Below are positions 22,028 to 35,923 of a stretch of DNA of 64,000 nt, piece by piece. How positions within the stretch are numbered: the first letter of the stretch is position 1; each line of letters begins with the position of its first letter. The DNA lies in contig NC_083418.1 of the NCBI RefSeq assembly GCF_020745735.1, positions 6,111,374-6,175,373 of the forward strand, written 5' to 3'. This DNA comes from Hemiscyllium ocellatum (lineage: Eukaryota). The position numbers and the translations under genes were made by a program. Under the pieces are notes generated by a model. That model was not told the origin of the DNA. It was given only the letters and a program-made list of their open reading frames with translations, and ran no database searches.

Positions 22028-24721
22028 TTAGCAAGGCAATCACACGCTATATTTCTTTATTCCAGGGAAGTATAGTGTTAAATTAATGAAAGATGATGAT
22101 TGGGATTTTTCAATTGGATATTGTCAGAGATTTAAAGTTTACTTTCATGAGCAATTAATTCCAGCCTCATTGTGTCACAGTACTCACAGGAATGTCTTTC
22201 AGAAATGGTGTCTCCCTTTGTTATGGGCAGTCGAATCAGTAAATCTGGGATAGATTTTGCTTGTTAAACAAAGGTGTTACGGAGTTTTAGCCAAAGGGAG
22301 ACCTCTGGATTTAGCTCACAAATGCACCATGATCTAAGTAATCGGTGGAACAGCTCGAGGAGCTGAGTGCCCTCCTCTTGCTCCTACCTTCCTATCATTG
22401 TGTCATTCATTAAGCTAGCACTGGCCGTGAATACTTTCTATTAAAATATTTCAACAAATTAATTGTTTCACACATGCTTTAAAAAAAACTTCTGTTGATT
22501 ATTTGGAACGGGATCACTGACATTCTCTATTTGAGTGATCAAAATAACTTCCACCCAATTACAGCAGCCACTGCACTCTGGAGTGTGTTGTTACTTCATA
22601 ATAGTTTCTTGTGAAACTACAGCTCGAGATCAGGGCGCTCAAATTCAATGATTCTCTGATATTTAATATCTCTGAACTTTCGCAATTTGATCAGATGCAT
22701 CTTTTCTCTGAAGAACATGCTTAATCGAACAGAACTTCTTTTCAATGAAACAACAAACTTTAAATGCTAGAAAACCAAAATAAAGACAGAAATTTCTGAA
22801 GAAACTCAGCATGTCTAGCAGCTCCTGTGGAGAGAAGGCAAGGTTAAGCTTTTGCATCCAGACGCCCCCTCTTCACCAAATTGTTTTCATGTTTTTGGCA
22901 CAAGAGCTCACACCTGTTCAGATAAACAGTGATTACGTTGGCTTGACTCCTGTTGGAAAAATAATTCTTAGCAGAGGTACTGGATGGTCTGAGATAGCAA
23001 TTGAAGACCAACTGAAAAGCTATCACCATCTGCTGCAAGTGTTGGATTCAGCGGAACTCCTACAGTACTGAACAATCAAATTCAGCTACAGCACTGGTTT
23101 AATAGTAAAACAGCCTAAGCATGATCTCATCAAATATGCTTCGAAAATGATTCATTCTAGTTAAGTTATAAATGATATTGTTAGAACAGCAAGACAAAAG
23201 CTGGGATTTCTTTGAGCACTTACTCCATTGACCCCATCTAGCGATGCCCAAAAGCTTGTGAACAAATATTGATCCGGAAAAAGCTACTAACCACCAAAAA
23301 TCTGTTTAATATCTAAGAGACACAAGTCAGGACAGCGAATGAATAGATTTCTCTGTGATTGGAATTCCAACAAACACCCAAACATCTCAATCTGCTTTCT
23401 TGCACTGTAGTAACCTGATAAGAGATGGTGTTACGTACCTCTCTAACAGGTTGTAAGTGAACACAGGCCACCTGGCACAGAATCAGGGACCCTACAGCAA
23501 CTTCACAACATACCTGAACACAATGAGCTCGACACTATCACGGAGAACATAGCCCACCTGTTTTGACAGTATATTAACCATGTTAGTTATTAACACCTTT
23601 CAACAACCAGGGATTGTTCCAGAATGTTTGTACAATGAAAGTAACATTTCGACATTTATCCAAGAATACTTTGACAGCAGCTCCAAATTGTTCAAACTCT
23701 ATGGGAACTACAGAGGAATAAAACTAGGAATTGCATTGCCATCAATTCATTGTCACTGTATTGCAATCTACAACTCCCTTCATCTTTCCCCTGTGAATGT
23801 TGCTGCACCAGACGGTCTACTTAGCTTGAAAAAGTTTAAAATGTTTTGAAGTGTAATATGACCGTTGCCAGTGACATTAAAAGCTGATAATAGGTTTTCA
23901 AATAATAAGATGCAAAAAAGATTCTGATTCTACATTGTGCCACGAAACATGTCCTGCACAAATGAGGCACAAAGAAAATATGCAGCATAGTTCTCTCTGC
24001 CTCACTCAATCAAATATCTCTTGTTGCCAACAACCAATTTCAAAACTCTTGCTATCTGCCTTTTGTTCCTGAAACGTTCGTTCTGATTGGAACAACTTAG
24101 TCAGGGCTCTCAATTCTGAGGCACCTAATCGAGTATTGTATTTCTGGCAGATAAAAGTGGTTTTGAAGCGCGAGATGAAATTGAACTGTCTGAGATTCAG
24201 ATATCCGAACTGAACAATTTACAAATGGTCAGGACCGTTTACAAGTTAGTCAGAGATAGCACTGAAACAAACTGTACAACAGACTTAATCCGAGAGGATT
24301 CATTGTTCAACTCCTCACGTCAAATTCATCAGAAGAACTAACCAGTGGATTCATGTGAACGAGAATGTGTTCACAATGAACATAAATAACCCCTGAGTTA
24401 ATAAACTTAATAAGTCATTGCATTTAACAAAATTATTGAGGTGGGAAATATCGCCAATTAAAGCATGGAACTGGAGGAAATGGATTATTCTCTAAATTAT
24501 TTTTACATATTCTTAAAACGTTCCTTGAACTGTGGAGATTTTGCATGCACTGCATAAGCAATACTGCATTCCAGTGTGGAAAGCATTTCTGTTGAATGAA
24601 TTAGGTCAAGACTATTTTCTTGTTAACTGCTTTTAATGAACTAAAATGTTTAAAAAGGTATGAATTGAAAACATGCGTCTGTCTGGAGTTGCCCGCTTTA
24701 ATGGATGTCTAAGTAAATGTT

Positions 24722-24942
24722 GTACTGCTGCCTCACAGCTCCAGGTACCCAGGCTCGGCTCCCACAATCCAAAGATGTGCATGTCAGGTGAACTGGTCAT
24801 GCTGAATTGTCTATAATGTTAGGTGCATTAGTCAGGGGTAAATATAGGGTATGGGAATGGGTCTGGGTGGGTTACTCTTCAAAGGGTCAGTGTGGACTTG
24901 TTGGGCCAAATGGCCCGATACATATTGCAGGAAGTCTAATCT
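24722..24942 (+). mobile_element. HE1-like SINE, internally deleted (mirror of 10550-10770)
   Basis: Reverse complement of the left-arm copy. Confidence 0.75.
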
Positions 24943-25161
24943 AAATGATTGTCACACTTAACTCCGATCGCTACATTTCAATAAATTGGCCAAATATATT
25001 AATTTAAGCAAATATTACTCTATTTTCAGTGTCTGAATAAACAATGTGCTCTATTATCCTCTAGATCATGGCTTCTGCAAATTTGTGAACTCTGCATACG
25101 TCTGAACACATCGATGTAAAATGAATTCTCTGCGTTTGCAGCAAGTACTCCCATGGTTTTA

Positions 25162-25503
25162 AGAGTAGAGTTCCTACAGTATGGAAACAGGCTATTTGGA
25201 CCAATAATTCCACACTGACCCTCTGAACAATATGTAGACCACACAGACCCATTCCCCACCCCACCCCGACTAATGCACCCTAACCTGCACATCCCTGAAC
25301 ACTATGGCTGTGCTAAATTGCACAATCACCTGACCTGCACATCTTTTGGACTGTGGTAAGAAACCAGAGCGCCCGAAGGAAACCCATGCAGACACAGGGA
25401 GATTGTGCAAACTCCACACAGGCAATCACCCGAGGGTGGAATCAAATTTGGGACCCTGGCGCTGTGAGGCAGCAATGCTAATCACTGAGCCACCATGCTG
25501 CCC
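25162..25503 (-). mobile_element. HE1-like SINE (mirror of 9989-10330)
   Basis: Reverse complement of the left-arm copy. Confidence 0.85.
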
Positions 25504-27896
25504 TGCGAGTTCATGAGTGGATTATTTTAATTAATTTGAAATTTGGCCTTGGTCACATAATTCACTATAGCAATAATTTGCGGAAGAATAACTCTTCAGT
25601 TGATATTTTGTTGTAAAATGTAACTATTTATTTAAAATGCACAGATTGGGAACACCTAAAGCACTGTGCAAATTAAATAATTCAGTTAATGTTTTATTTT
25701 ATTCTGAAAATCCAGTTTAATCAGGGACATAAAAATTAATTAACTCAAGTTAAGGGTGAAACTAATCAAAGCAATGAAACTGATCTGTTCTTCGTAGAAT
25801 TGAGCAGAATTTCCAAATGGTCTTTGCCAATGATCTTTTCCAGTCAGAAAAATATGCATGCAGTGTACAGCGGAATTGAAAGGTGTTTCTTGATCAATTA
25901 TAGCACAGCCATGGCATTTTTGCTCAAGAGCAAGAACTATTAGAACATTAGACTTTTGAAATTCTATTTATATTTCTCTATGACTTGTAAACTGTTTAAA
26001 GACAGACCTTGTGATTGAACTAGATAGTTGAATTTGGAATGTAAAGCAAAATTAGATTAATCCTTAATTATTTATTTTAAGTAAAAATGGAGCCTGAAGG
26101 TATCTGTTTTCCCTTCATTTCTAAAACCTTTGCGATTTGCCTTTCACTTAATAATAGGCTTTATGAAATTTCAACTCGCATGCTAATTGCATTGTATGAG
26201 GAAAGAGCATTTCACTGTCACCAACCGTGTAACATTGCAAAAACAATGTAGAAACCAGAAACGGTTTCCCAAATATAACACATTTAATATTACCCAAGCA
26301 CAGTCCCTTCTCAACAGATCAACGATCACCAGATCGCAACACGGTGTGTTTGCAGCAGAACTAGCTCTGCAACCATTTTCAACAGAACCAAGGACATGAT
26401 GTAACCTCACAAAAAAACAAATTGAAGTGTAACAAATTTGCTCAGAATCAAGCAAACTAATGATTAAATTGAATAGAAATAACAAGTCACAACAGCAACC
26501 TTGTTTGTGAAGGGACTTAACATTTAAAGCTGTAACGTTTCTGGCAATAGTTCAATTTATTTCCAACCTGCACACCCTTCCTGATCATAACAATCTTTTG
26601 CAGTGCACAGTAGAGCCGTTGAAGGCATATATTGATTAATCACTTCATGGTCAAAACAAAATTAATGAATGGACAAATATTACTAAATTATAATTTTAAG
26701 TTAGTTTCAATTACGTAATCTGATCAATTCTGCAGTTTCAGATTTTAGTCCCAAATTTTATTTTGAATGAGGCTACTCAAAACAAAATTCAGTTAGTTTA
26801 CAATTAGAACTGAGTTTCTTTTAAAAGTCAATGCATTAAAAACTCGTTTTTTCATTTCTCACACTTTCGGGTTTCTGTCTTAAGTTGTTTTTCAGGCCGT
26901 TACAAATGTTTTCAATCAAGCAGAGAAAAATGTGTCATATAAGGTTAACAAATGCAGAAATGATTCATGAAAAACAAAATAACTTCACAAATATTGGTAA
27001 TGAAAAGTATTCCAGAGAGTCAATCTCTTCAATAGAAAGAAAACACCAATTCAGAAAACATGAAAACGCAGATCAATTTCACAAACTGAATAAGAATCCA
27101 ATCAACCCAATTCAACAGAATCAAGGAAAATAAAATCAAAATCCAATCAACTCAAAACAACAGATTTGAATGAGACATAATCTCAGAATCCAACCAATTC
27201 AATTCAACAGAATCAAATAAAACAAATTTCAAAAACCAATCAACACAATTCAACAAAACCATGTAAAAACAAAGTCAGAATCCAATCAACACAGTTCAAT
27301 CGAATCAACTAAAACAAAGCCAAAATCCAATCAACTCAATTCAACAGAATCAATTAAAACAAACTCCGAATCTAATCAACAGAATGCAATATAGCACCGC
27401 AAGAAACATTTATGACAGTTTCTAACCTGCTTGTCATCAACAAAATGAACAAAATAAATGAGAAAATATAATCATGGTAAGAACATATCTTCAAGAAATG
27501 AATAATGATATTTTAGCATGTTTTAATCATGTTTGGTAATATCTTGAGCATCTTTGAATTCTTAGCGTTTGTTGTTGATAATAAAACTCACAGTAAGTGT
27601 GTCACTGACATTAAACATAATTTATAGCTGGCTGATTAAGAGACATTAGGTTTTCAAGTAACTCAGCCACATAGAATGCCCATCTGATCAAAAAAAGAGA
27701 TACACCGAGCAACTGACTCCATCATCACCATTTTAACTATTTGTTGAACCTTAATTGACGTCTATAATCAGTCTGAACAAAAATCAATCCGAACCAAACC
27801 AAACTCAGCACAGAATCTGAGTTTCATTTAATTCAGAAATTAGTCACGTGAATAGAAAGTTTTTAAAAAGTCACTAAGAAAGTTCAAAGTTCTTAC

Positions 27897-27944
27897 CTGA
27901 AGTCACTGTCACCATGGTCCCTTGGCCCCAGTAATCAAGATAGT
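27897..27944 (-). other. IGHJ: IgH J segment (mirror copy; RSS 27945-27983)
   Basis: cttacctgaagtcactgtcaccatggtcccttggccccagtaatcaagatagtcacagtg is the reverse complement of the left J, its heptamer and its donor. Confidence 0.97.
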
Positions 27945-28338
27945 CACAGTGTTACATTCTCAGGACTGTGTCAGACAATAACTAGCTCTGCATAAAACAA
28001 ATCAAAAATCTACCATCATTTTCAATGTTCAGAACCACAGACAAACTAAAGTCACGATAAATCTTCATCACATAATTGTGCTAGTGAATTCTGATAATTC
28101 TTGATAAATTTTAATACTGTTTTATACTTCACAGAGTAACACATGGGCTGATTCTCAAAATTCCCAACTGGTGTATCAATAATTACCCAACACTTTTCCA
28201 AATTAAATAGTGATACTGGCATAAAACCCCACAGAACTAATACTGCACTGCAAGTTAAGACGGCTTGTAGAAGTAATCACTGACTAGTTTCAAACAATGG
28301 AGGCTGAAAAGGTTTTTGCATTGATCATAATTGCAGTG

Positions 28339-28353
28339 TCACCCCAGTTATAT
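28339..28353 (-). other. IGHD: IgH D2 (mirror copy)
   Basis: Reverse complement of 7139-7153 with both 12-RSS (28311-28381). Confidence 0.9.
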
Positions 28354-28722
28354 CACTGTGAGACACGTTGTATCAAATACTATGACAGTCTGTAAACTGT
28401 AAAATGCAGATAATTTCTTCACTTCCTAGAAAGCAGTGATTCAGACTCCTCTAAAAATGATTTGGTGCATTATTTCAGCTTTTGTTATTCATTGAATTTT
28501 GAAAGCTTGGAATACTTTTCCAGGTTTGGTCTGCATTTAACTTGACAATCAACACGAAGAAGGTCGAAAGAAATTATTCATTTGTACAAACTACCACGAC
28601 GGGATTGCGTTTAAATTGCATCTCACATTATTTCACGCTCCTGCCACGGTAGAAATCACCAATTTGAGATAAATCCTTGTCAGTGATTATTGTATGAGGA
28701 TGTCGCTATGCACCACACTGTG

Positions 28723-28736
28723 ACCCACTGTAGTAT
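28723..28736 (-). other. IGHD: IgH D1 (mirror copy)
   Basis: Reverse complement of 6756-6769 with RSSs (28685-28764). Confidence 0.9.
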
Positions 28737-29156
28737 CACAATGATGTAGACCAATACACTCATTCTCTGTTCTTTACTCAAGGTCTCAATTGTCATTTGA
28801 AAGAGCCATTTAGTACTGATCATGTTTAGAATGAATGCCATAGTTGACATAACAATTAGCAGTGATTTCCTGAGCTGTCAGATATATTAAAATTAACATT
28901 TTGTTCGAGCATTTAATTGATGCAAGTGTTAGCAGTACATATGACATGTCCAAAACATTGTCCCATTGTGTCACCAGTTTGCTAGTTTAAATGATACATT
29001 TCCTCTTTGATAGCTTTGTCAGAGGCAGCCTGAGGTCTGCTTCAGTTGGTATAATTGCATTTAAAACTCAAACTGACCGTCAGTTTATGATGGAATTGAC
29101 AAAATGTTCCCTCTAGCTGTTTTTGAACGGGTCCAGCCCTGGTTCCTCTCGCCATG

Positions 29157-29636
29157 GTATCTTGCACAATAATAGATGGCGGTGTCTTCGATCTTCAGGT
29201 TATTCACGTCCAACGCGAAAATGTTGTTTGAAGTGTCTTTGGACGCAGTAAATCGACCCTTAATCGCTGGTGCATAGTAATTGCTGTTTGGAGTATTTTA
29301 CCAAAACAGCCACTCCGGGGCCTGTCCGGGAACCTGGCGGACCCAGCTCATGTAGTAGCTGCCAAGATTGAACCCGCTGGTTTTACAGGTCAGTTCCAGG
29401 CTGCCTGCGGGATGGCCAGTCTGCCTCTGGCTGAGTCAAAACAATCTTCGACTGGACACCTTTAAAAAAGAAAACAAATAAATCATGAGCATTAATGCAG
29501 ATGAAATGATGCCTGAGTCTTTTACATTCCTGCGGTAGACTAACATTGAGACAGTGACAAAGACAGACTTGAACAAAAAACACTCACATGATAAGAAAGT
29601 CAGTAATAAAATGAGAAAAATTGTCGACACAATCAT
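29157..29636 (-). pseudogene. IGHV: Ig VH pseudogene (mirror copy; defective RSS 29118-29156)
   Basis: Same leader, frameshift, TAA and CATGGCG heptamer as the left copy. Confidence 0.95.
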
Positions 29637-31891
29637 TCGGATAACTTCTGGGAAGCGGTTCTGTCAAGGTTTTTCTAAACAAAGCCGATCCAGGAGTGTT
29701 GAATCACGGTCCAGTGTCTAGGATTTATATGGCCATTGGAAAGGGCAAGCTTACAGCTTCTGCTTGTTGGTTTCCTGCTGGAGGCTGAGACTGGATCCTG
29801 GTATCAGCTCACAGCCCGAAAACATGGGCTCATGTATTTATGAGGTTTCGCTTAAACATGGATATTTACACATCTTGGGGTATTTATTTTGCTGAATAAC
29901 TTCTTTGGGAGTATGTTTTTTAAATGGTGCAAGTAAAATTGAGTAGCTTCAGGTCTGTTTCACATGATAGTTGCAAGTATTTTGTTTTTAAAAAACAAAT
30001 TCAATCTGATGTTAGCTCCATTTATTTCTACATTCACTTACAAGCAGATAAAACTAAAATCAAAGTTCAAACATATTACTAGCTAGTAAAACAATTGAGC
30101 TTTGTTTCTCCCCCTGGACACTACAAGTCTGTCCCACTACAAAATAACATGTAATTCATACTAAACATTTCAAAATTCAATTTAGGCAACTGAATACAGA
30201 GCGTGTCCAAAATGGTTAAATTTAGAATATTCAATTAGAAGTTAACTCCCTTTAATTCTACATTTCACCACAAGCAGATAAAGCTAAAAAGAACTTCAAT
30301 AATATCATTAACCAACATAGTTAGTGACTTTATTTTTGCTGTCACTCAAAGTCTCTTTCTCCTTATAAAATAACATACCATTTCTAATCTGAGTTTCTAA
30401 ATTCAATTTAGGCAACCCCTAATATGGAGCATGTCTAAAGTGATTATGTTCAGAATGTGAGTGTGTCACTAAACAGTTTGGGCCTGGAGATTAGAAGCAC
30501 CTCCTTACATTGCAGAATGTCTCTTCTTGCATCTTTTTTTTTCCAAATTGCTCCAACCCTAAAATGTATAGTAAAGGAAAGCTATGTGCCTGAGAAACAA
30601 AAAGTGAGTTGGCAGTGATACATGACACCTAGGTAAACTTTTGAAAAAGCATCTAATAAACTAGAACAAGACAGTCCATACGTTTTTTTTTAAATCCTCA
30701 ACATCTAAACCATTGCAGGTAACTGTCTGAGTACATCAGGAGTGTTTGGTTAAATTAGAGAGTATTACAATAATCATTACCACGCATGTAGGTTATAAAC
30801 AGTACATTTCTCTGCTCACTGATAGCTCTGACAGGGGCAGTTAACTCATAAAAATAAACAGAAATTTGTTGTTACACGACACCAGTGTATAAAGGGCCCA
30901 CTCAGTTTTAATGAGATACATGAATCAGAGAATGGTGATTAGCATTGATCACTAGCAACAAGTGATGTGAGTTTGAACCAATTCAACTTTGTTAATTTAC
31001 TTTGAGATGATAACAGATGTTACTGCAATGTGGAATTTTGGATCCATTAACTTCATATTCAGGAACTTTAAAGATACTCAATAAACAGGCTGAACTAACC
31101 AGAATGTCACTGCATTCAATGTCCTGTTTCTGATTGTCATACAATGAATGCTGTATTCACTGACTTTCCTTTTTAAAGAAGAAATGCCAAGTGAAATGTA
31201 TCCATTGTGAGTAAAAGGGAAAATATAGTTTGTTTGGTAGGATTTTACTTTGATTCATTTTCCCTTTAATTGGCCAGATACAATAGTTAGCAACAATTAA
31301 GCTGACTGCAGAAAAGGTCCTTGAGTTTCCAGTTTCATTTACTGGAAGCAGGTGGAGTTTCTGCAGTGGATCAAAGATATTTTGTCTCACTGTTGACCAG
31401 TTGGTGGAAAGCAAACTGCAAAACATAACCACTGCCTCTGCAGAAACAAATCTACTCAGCAACAATACTGGAGAAAAGTTTATTTTTCAGTTGTGAAACT
31501 TGGAGAACTAGTCACTCCTCTCATTGAAGGAAATATTCGCAGTGTCTCAGACACAACCCGAAACATCAACAGTTCATTCGAGGATCACTATAGCACTGTT
31601 TAATATTAAGAAAAATTGATAAATAGTCATAGAGTCATGGAGTGATACAGCATGGAAACAGACACTTCAGTCCAACCAGTCCATGCCAGTCATAATCCCA
31701 AACTAAACTAATCCCGCCTGTGTGTACTTGGCCCATATCCTTCCAAATATTTGATATTCATTTACTTATCCAAATGTCTTATATAGGTTGTGAGTATCCA
31801 CCACCAGATCATCCCACACACAAACCATTCTCTGTATAAAAAGTTGTCTCTGATATCTTTTTAAAAAATTTTCTCCTCTCATTGTAAAAAA

Positions 31892-33670
31892 AAGGAATAA
31901 AAGGATGACTAGGGTAGGTATCGGTCCTGTCAAGGATAGTAGTGGGAAGTTGTGCGTGGAGGCGGTGGAGATTGGAGAGACACTAAATCAATACTTTTCG
32001 TCAGTATTCACTCAGGAACAGAACACAGTTGCTGGTGTGAATATTGAGTCATAAGTGATTAGAATGGATGGCATTGAAGTATGTAGGGAAGAGGTTTTGG
32101 GAATACTGGAAAGGATGAAAATAGATAAGTCTCCTGGGCCTGATGGCATTTATCCTAGGATCCTCTGGGAAGCTAGGGAGGAGATAGCAGAGCCATTGGC
32201 CTGGATTTTTATGTTGTCATTGTCAACGGGAATGGTACCAGAAGACTGGAGGATGGCGAATGTGGTCCCCTTGTTCAAGAAGGGGAGTAGGGATAGCCCG
32301 AGTAACTATAGGCCAGTGAGTCTGACTTCTGTGGTGGGCAAAGTCTTAGAGAGAATTGTAAGGGATAAGATTTATGAACATCTGGATAGGAATAACGTGA
32401 TCAAGGATAGTCAGCATGGTTTTGTGAAGGGCAGGTCGTGCCTCACAAACCTTTGAGTTCTTTGAGCAGGTGACTAAGGAGGTGGACGAGGGTAAAGCAG
32501 TAGATGTTGTGTATATGGATTTTAGTAAGGCGTTCGATAAGGTACCCCATGGTAGGCTAATGCAAAAACTACGGAGGTATGGGATTGAGGGTGCATTAGA
32601 GGTTTGGATTAGGAATTGGCTGGCTGGAAGGAGACAGAGGGTAGTAGTTAATGGACTATGTTCATCTTGGAGTGCAGTTACTAGCGGTGTACCTCAAGGA
32701 TCTATTTTGGGACCATTGCTTTTTGTTATCTTTATAAATGATCTAGAGGAGGGGCTTGAAAGCTGGGTGAGTAAGTTTGCGGATGACACAAAAGTCGGTG
32801 GAGTTGTGGATAGTGAGGAAGGATGTGGCAGGTTACAGCGGGATATAGACAAGTTGCAAAGCTGGGCAGAAAGGTGGCAAGTGGAGTTCAATGTAGCGAA
32901 GTGTGACACATTCACTTTGGTAGGAGTAACAAGAAGATGGATTACTGGGCTAATGGTAGGCTACTTGGTAGTGTGGATGAGCAGAGGGATCTTGGTGTCC
33001 ATGTACACAGATCTCTGAAAGTTGCCACCCAGGTAAATAGTGCTGTGAGGAAGGCATATGGTGTACTGGGCATTATTGGCAGAGGAATTGAGTTCCGGAG
33101 TCCTGAGGTCATGTTGCAGTTGTATAAGACTCTGGTGCGGCCTCATCTGGAGTATTGTGTGCAGTTTTGGTCGCCATGCTTTCGGAAGGATGTGGAGGCA
33201 TTGGAACGAGTGCAGAGGAGGTTTACCAGGATGTTGCCTGGTATGGTAGGAAAATCGTATGAGGAAAGACTGAGGCACTTGGGGCTGTTCTCATTGGAGA
33301 AAAGAAGGTTTAGGGGAGATTTGATAGAGGTGTACAAGATGATTAGGGGTTTAGATAGGGTTGACAGTGAGAACCTTTTTCCGCGTATGGAGTCAGCTGT
33401 TACTAGGGGACACAGCTTTAAATTAAGGGGTGGTAGGTATAGGACAGATGTTAGGGGTAGATTCTTTACACAGCGGGTTGTGAGTTCATGGAATGCCCTG
33501 CCAGTAGCAGTGGTGAACTCTCCCTCATTATGGTCATTTAAGCGGGCATTGGATAGGCATTTGGAAGTTATTGGGCTAGTGTAGGTTAGGTAGGATTCGG
33601 TCGGCGCAACATTGAAGGCCGAAGGGCCTGTACTGCGCTGTATTTTTCTATGTTCTATGTTCTATGTTCC
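31892..33670 (+). mobile_element. 5'-truncated CR1 LINE (mirror of 1822-3600)
   Basis: ORFs 32055-32456, 32470-33018 and 32937-33584; tail ctatgttctatgttctatgttc. Confidence 0.95.
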
Positions 33671-33702
33671 CTATTGTTGAAATCCCCCACCATAGGGAAA
33701 AT

Positions 33703-34278
33703 ACGCCAATGCCTGGGTCAAAATTGAAAACAATCCCAGCTCCAAACATTTACAAAATATCACTATGGATCTTCCTTAAGTCCAAAAAAGATTGTCCCTT
33801 TTGATCAATGATTTGTAAAATTTATTCGCGTATCTAATGCAATGGACGTTTTCAAATAACTTCTGAAATGCAAGTGGTTCACATCAATCGTATTAAACTG
33901 ACATTTCGTGTGTTACCCCACACACACAAAAAAAACAAGGTTTGTTGACATGAGTTGCTCTGACGAAGTCTACGATGAATTCTTTTATCAAACAAAATCA
34001 TTTCCAGTGTTGTGAGGGCTCGTCTATCTTCTGTGCAATGGTCTGAATTTTAAGTTGTGTCTGACTGCAGATGAAATTGGCTGCTCTGGGTAAAAGTACA
34101 GTTTGTGCCTTTCACATTGTTAATGTATATTGCTGACTTTAGTTGAAAAAAGGGATGTTGCCCCAGGCATCGTCTGGCACCATTAATTAGACCATTAATT
34201 TCCACATTGCTAGCCAGAGGGTCAGGTGGAGTTTATTGTTATGTGATATTTTTGAGATGAATCATGTAAATTAGAGCC
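33703..34278 (+). repeat. Older diverged inverted repeat, arm A
   Basis: Reverse-complement similarity to 35924-36514; I count 9 mismatches in a 98-nt stretch starting at 34141, and other parts carry indels. Confidence 0.85.
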
Positions 34279-35923
34279 ATTCACCTTTCCACTCATGGCT
34301 TTATAAACTTATATGAGGTCACTCCCCGAACTCTCACCCTCCAGTGAAACAAGTTCCAGTCTATCTGGATTTCCAATGGTAACTTTGTTCCCTCACATTC
34401 TGCCGTTAACGATCCTCCTGCCACCCCAGGTCCACAGAGAGTGTCCCTTGATACTAGTTCAAAGAAATGAAAGGTACTTGTCCAACAATATTGTTCAATT
34501 TTATTTGGCTTCAAACACAATAAAAATAAATGTTTATGTCATTGCTGATTTATGGGAAAATTCCGTTTACACAGTATCTGCTGAAATACCTGCAGTACCA
34601 CCCTGAATCTGGTTCGCAGGTTCACCTTTTGCTCACAAATGCAACCAGATATCAGGGAACAGTGTGTGGGATATAACTTCTGCAATTATAATTACTTATA
34701 CAAAGTAAATGAACTCACACCAGTGTGTAATTGTTTCAGCCAAGAGCTGAGTCAACAAGAATGGAAACTATGTGGAAGAAATACATAATTGTTGTTTTGC
34801 ATTAGCTAAAATTGTATGCGAGAATGAAACGTGACTGCAAAACAATGGTAGATATGACAGACGAATAGATAAGATGCTGTGAGGGGAGGGAGTTAAGCTA
34901 GATACGCCTGTACAAACAGTTGGTATAAACATCTGTTTCCCACTTTTACTGAAACACAGGAACAAACCCTAATTAAAAGGGTCATAAAGATCAGTATGGT
35001 AGGGGAAGGCGCAGATGGAGGGAATAGATAATGGTGAAGAACGGATATGCCTAACAATGACCCACAGCGGGTTGAGGTCAAACAGCCTTGTGAGGCCAGA
35101 AAATAAGCATTTTCTCACAGACAAGCCCGGATAAGGCAAGAGATAAACAGGTGTGATGGGCGCCGGTCTTAGGGAAGTGGAAGATTTAAACGGGGAGGAG
35201 CAATGAAATAAAAAAAACAAATTACATAAATATCGTGTATTAATTTAATTCAGTGTGTGTGTCCCTGCCTTGTCGACAGTGGACATCACACCATCTTGCA
35301 AGAGTAAAATAAAGGGCACCACTGATTCAGATTTTGTCTTGGACTGAAATTACTGAAGTGTGTGAGCTTTGTTTCTCACAAGTGAACATCGTCCACACAC
35401 ACCAAGCGCCCCCCCCCCCCCCCACCAACCCTTCCCTTCTGTACTTTTCACTTTGTGAAATCCGTGAAGTCAATAATCAGTTAACAGAAAGATTTTTTAA
35501 AACTTTCTTAATTCATGTTGCTGATCTTGGCTGAGCAAAGGTATGTTGCTGTCAGCATTTCTAGGGAACATGTCTGTATTTTTTTTCATGTCAGTTTACA
35601 ATGATATTAAGTCAAGAATTGTCAAAATGTCCTGAAAAACAACATTTAGAAATGGATGTTCTGCCCCTACTTTTTGTCTCCATAATCCAGGATTTACAGC
35701 ATTGGAGATCATATCTATATTGATAATGGATTAGACCTACACAACGTTCCCGAATGTTTACTTCAAGTGCTATCAGCTGCAGGGTTATGGACAACATGCT
35801 GTAAAGTGGGTGTTGGCTGGAAGGTTCTGTTTTCACGTGATACAGGTGTGATGGGCGAAGTGATCTCTCTCTGTCGTGAAAACTTCATCTTTCCTAAATT
35901 CATCTTTCCTACTTTGTCTCGTT

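Larger units (their letters stand above)
18275..33799 (-). repeat. Right arm of 32-kb inverted duplication
   Basis: Reverse complement of 1693-17217 at a constant coordinate sum of 35492. Confidence 0.97.

Noticed and set aside
4027-31465. Many 60-100 aa ORFs occurring as identical pairs on opposite strands
   Set aside because: The pairing simply reflects the palindrome and is not evidence of coding conservation.
33958-33995. CTGACGA hammerhead-like core
   Set aside because: No helix II or GAAA follows, and the paralogous arm does not conserve it.
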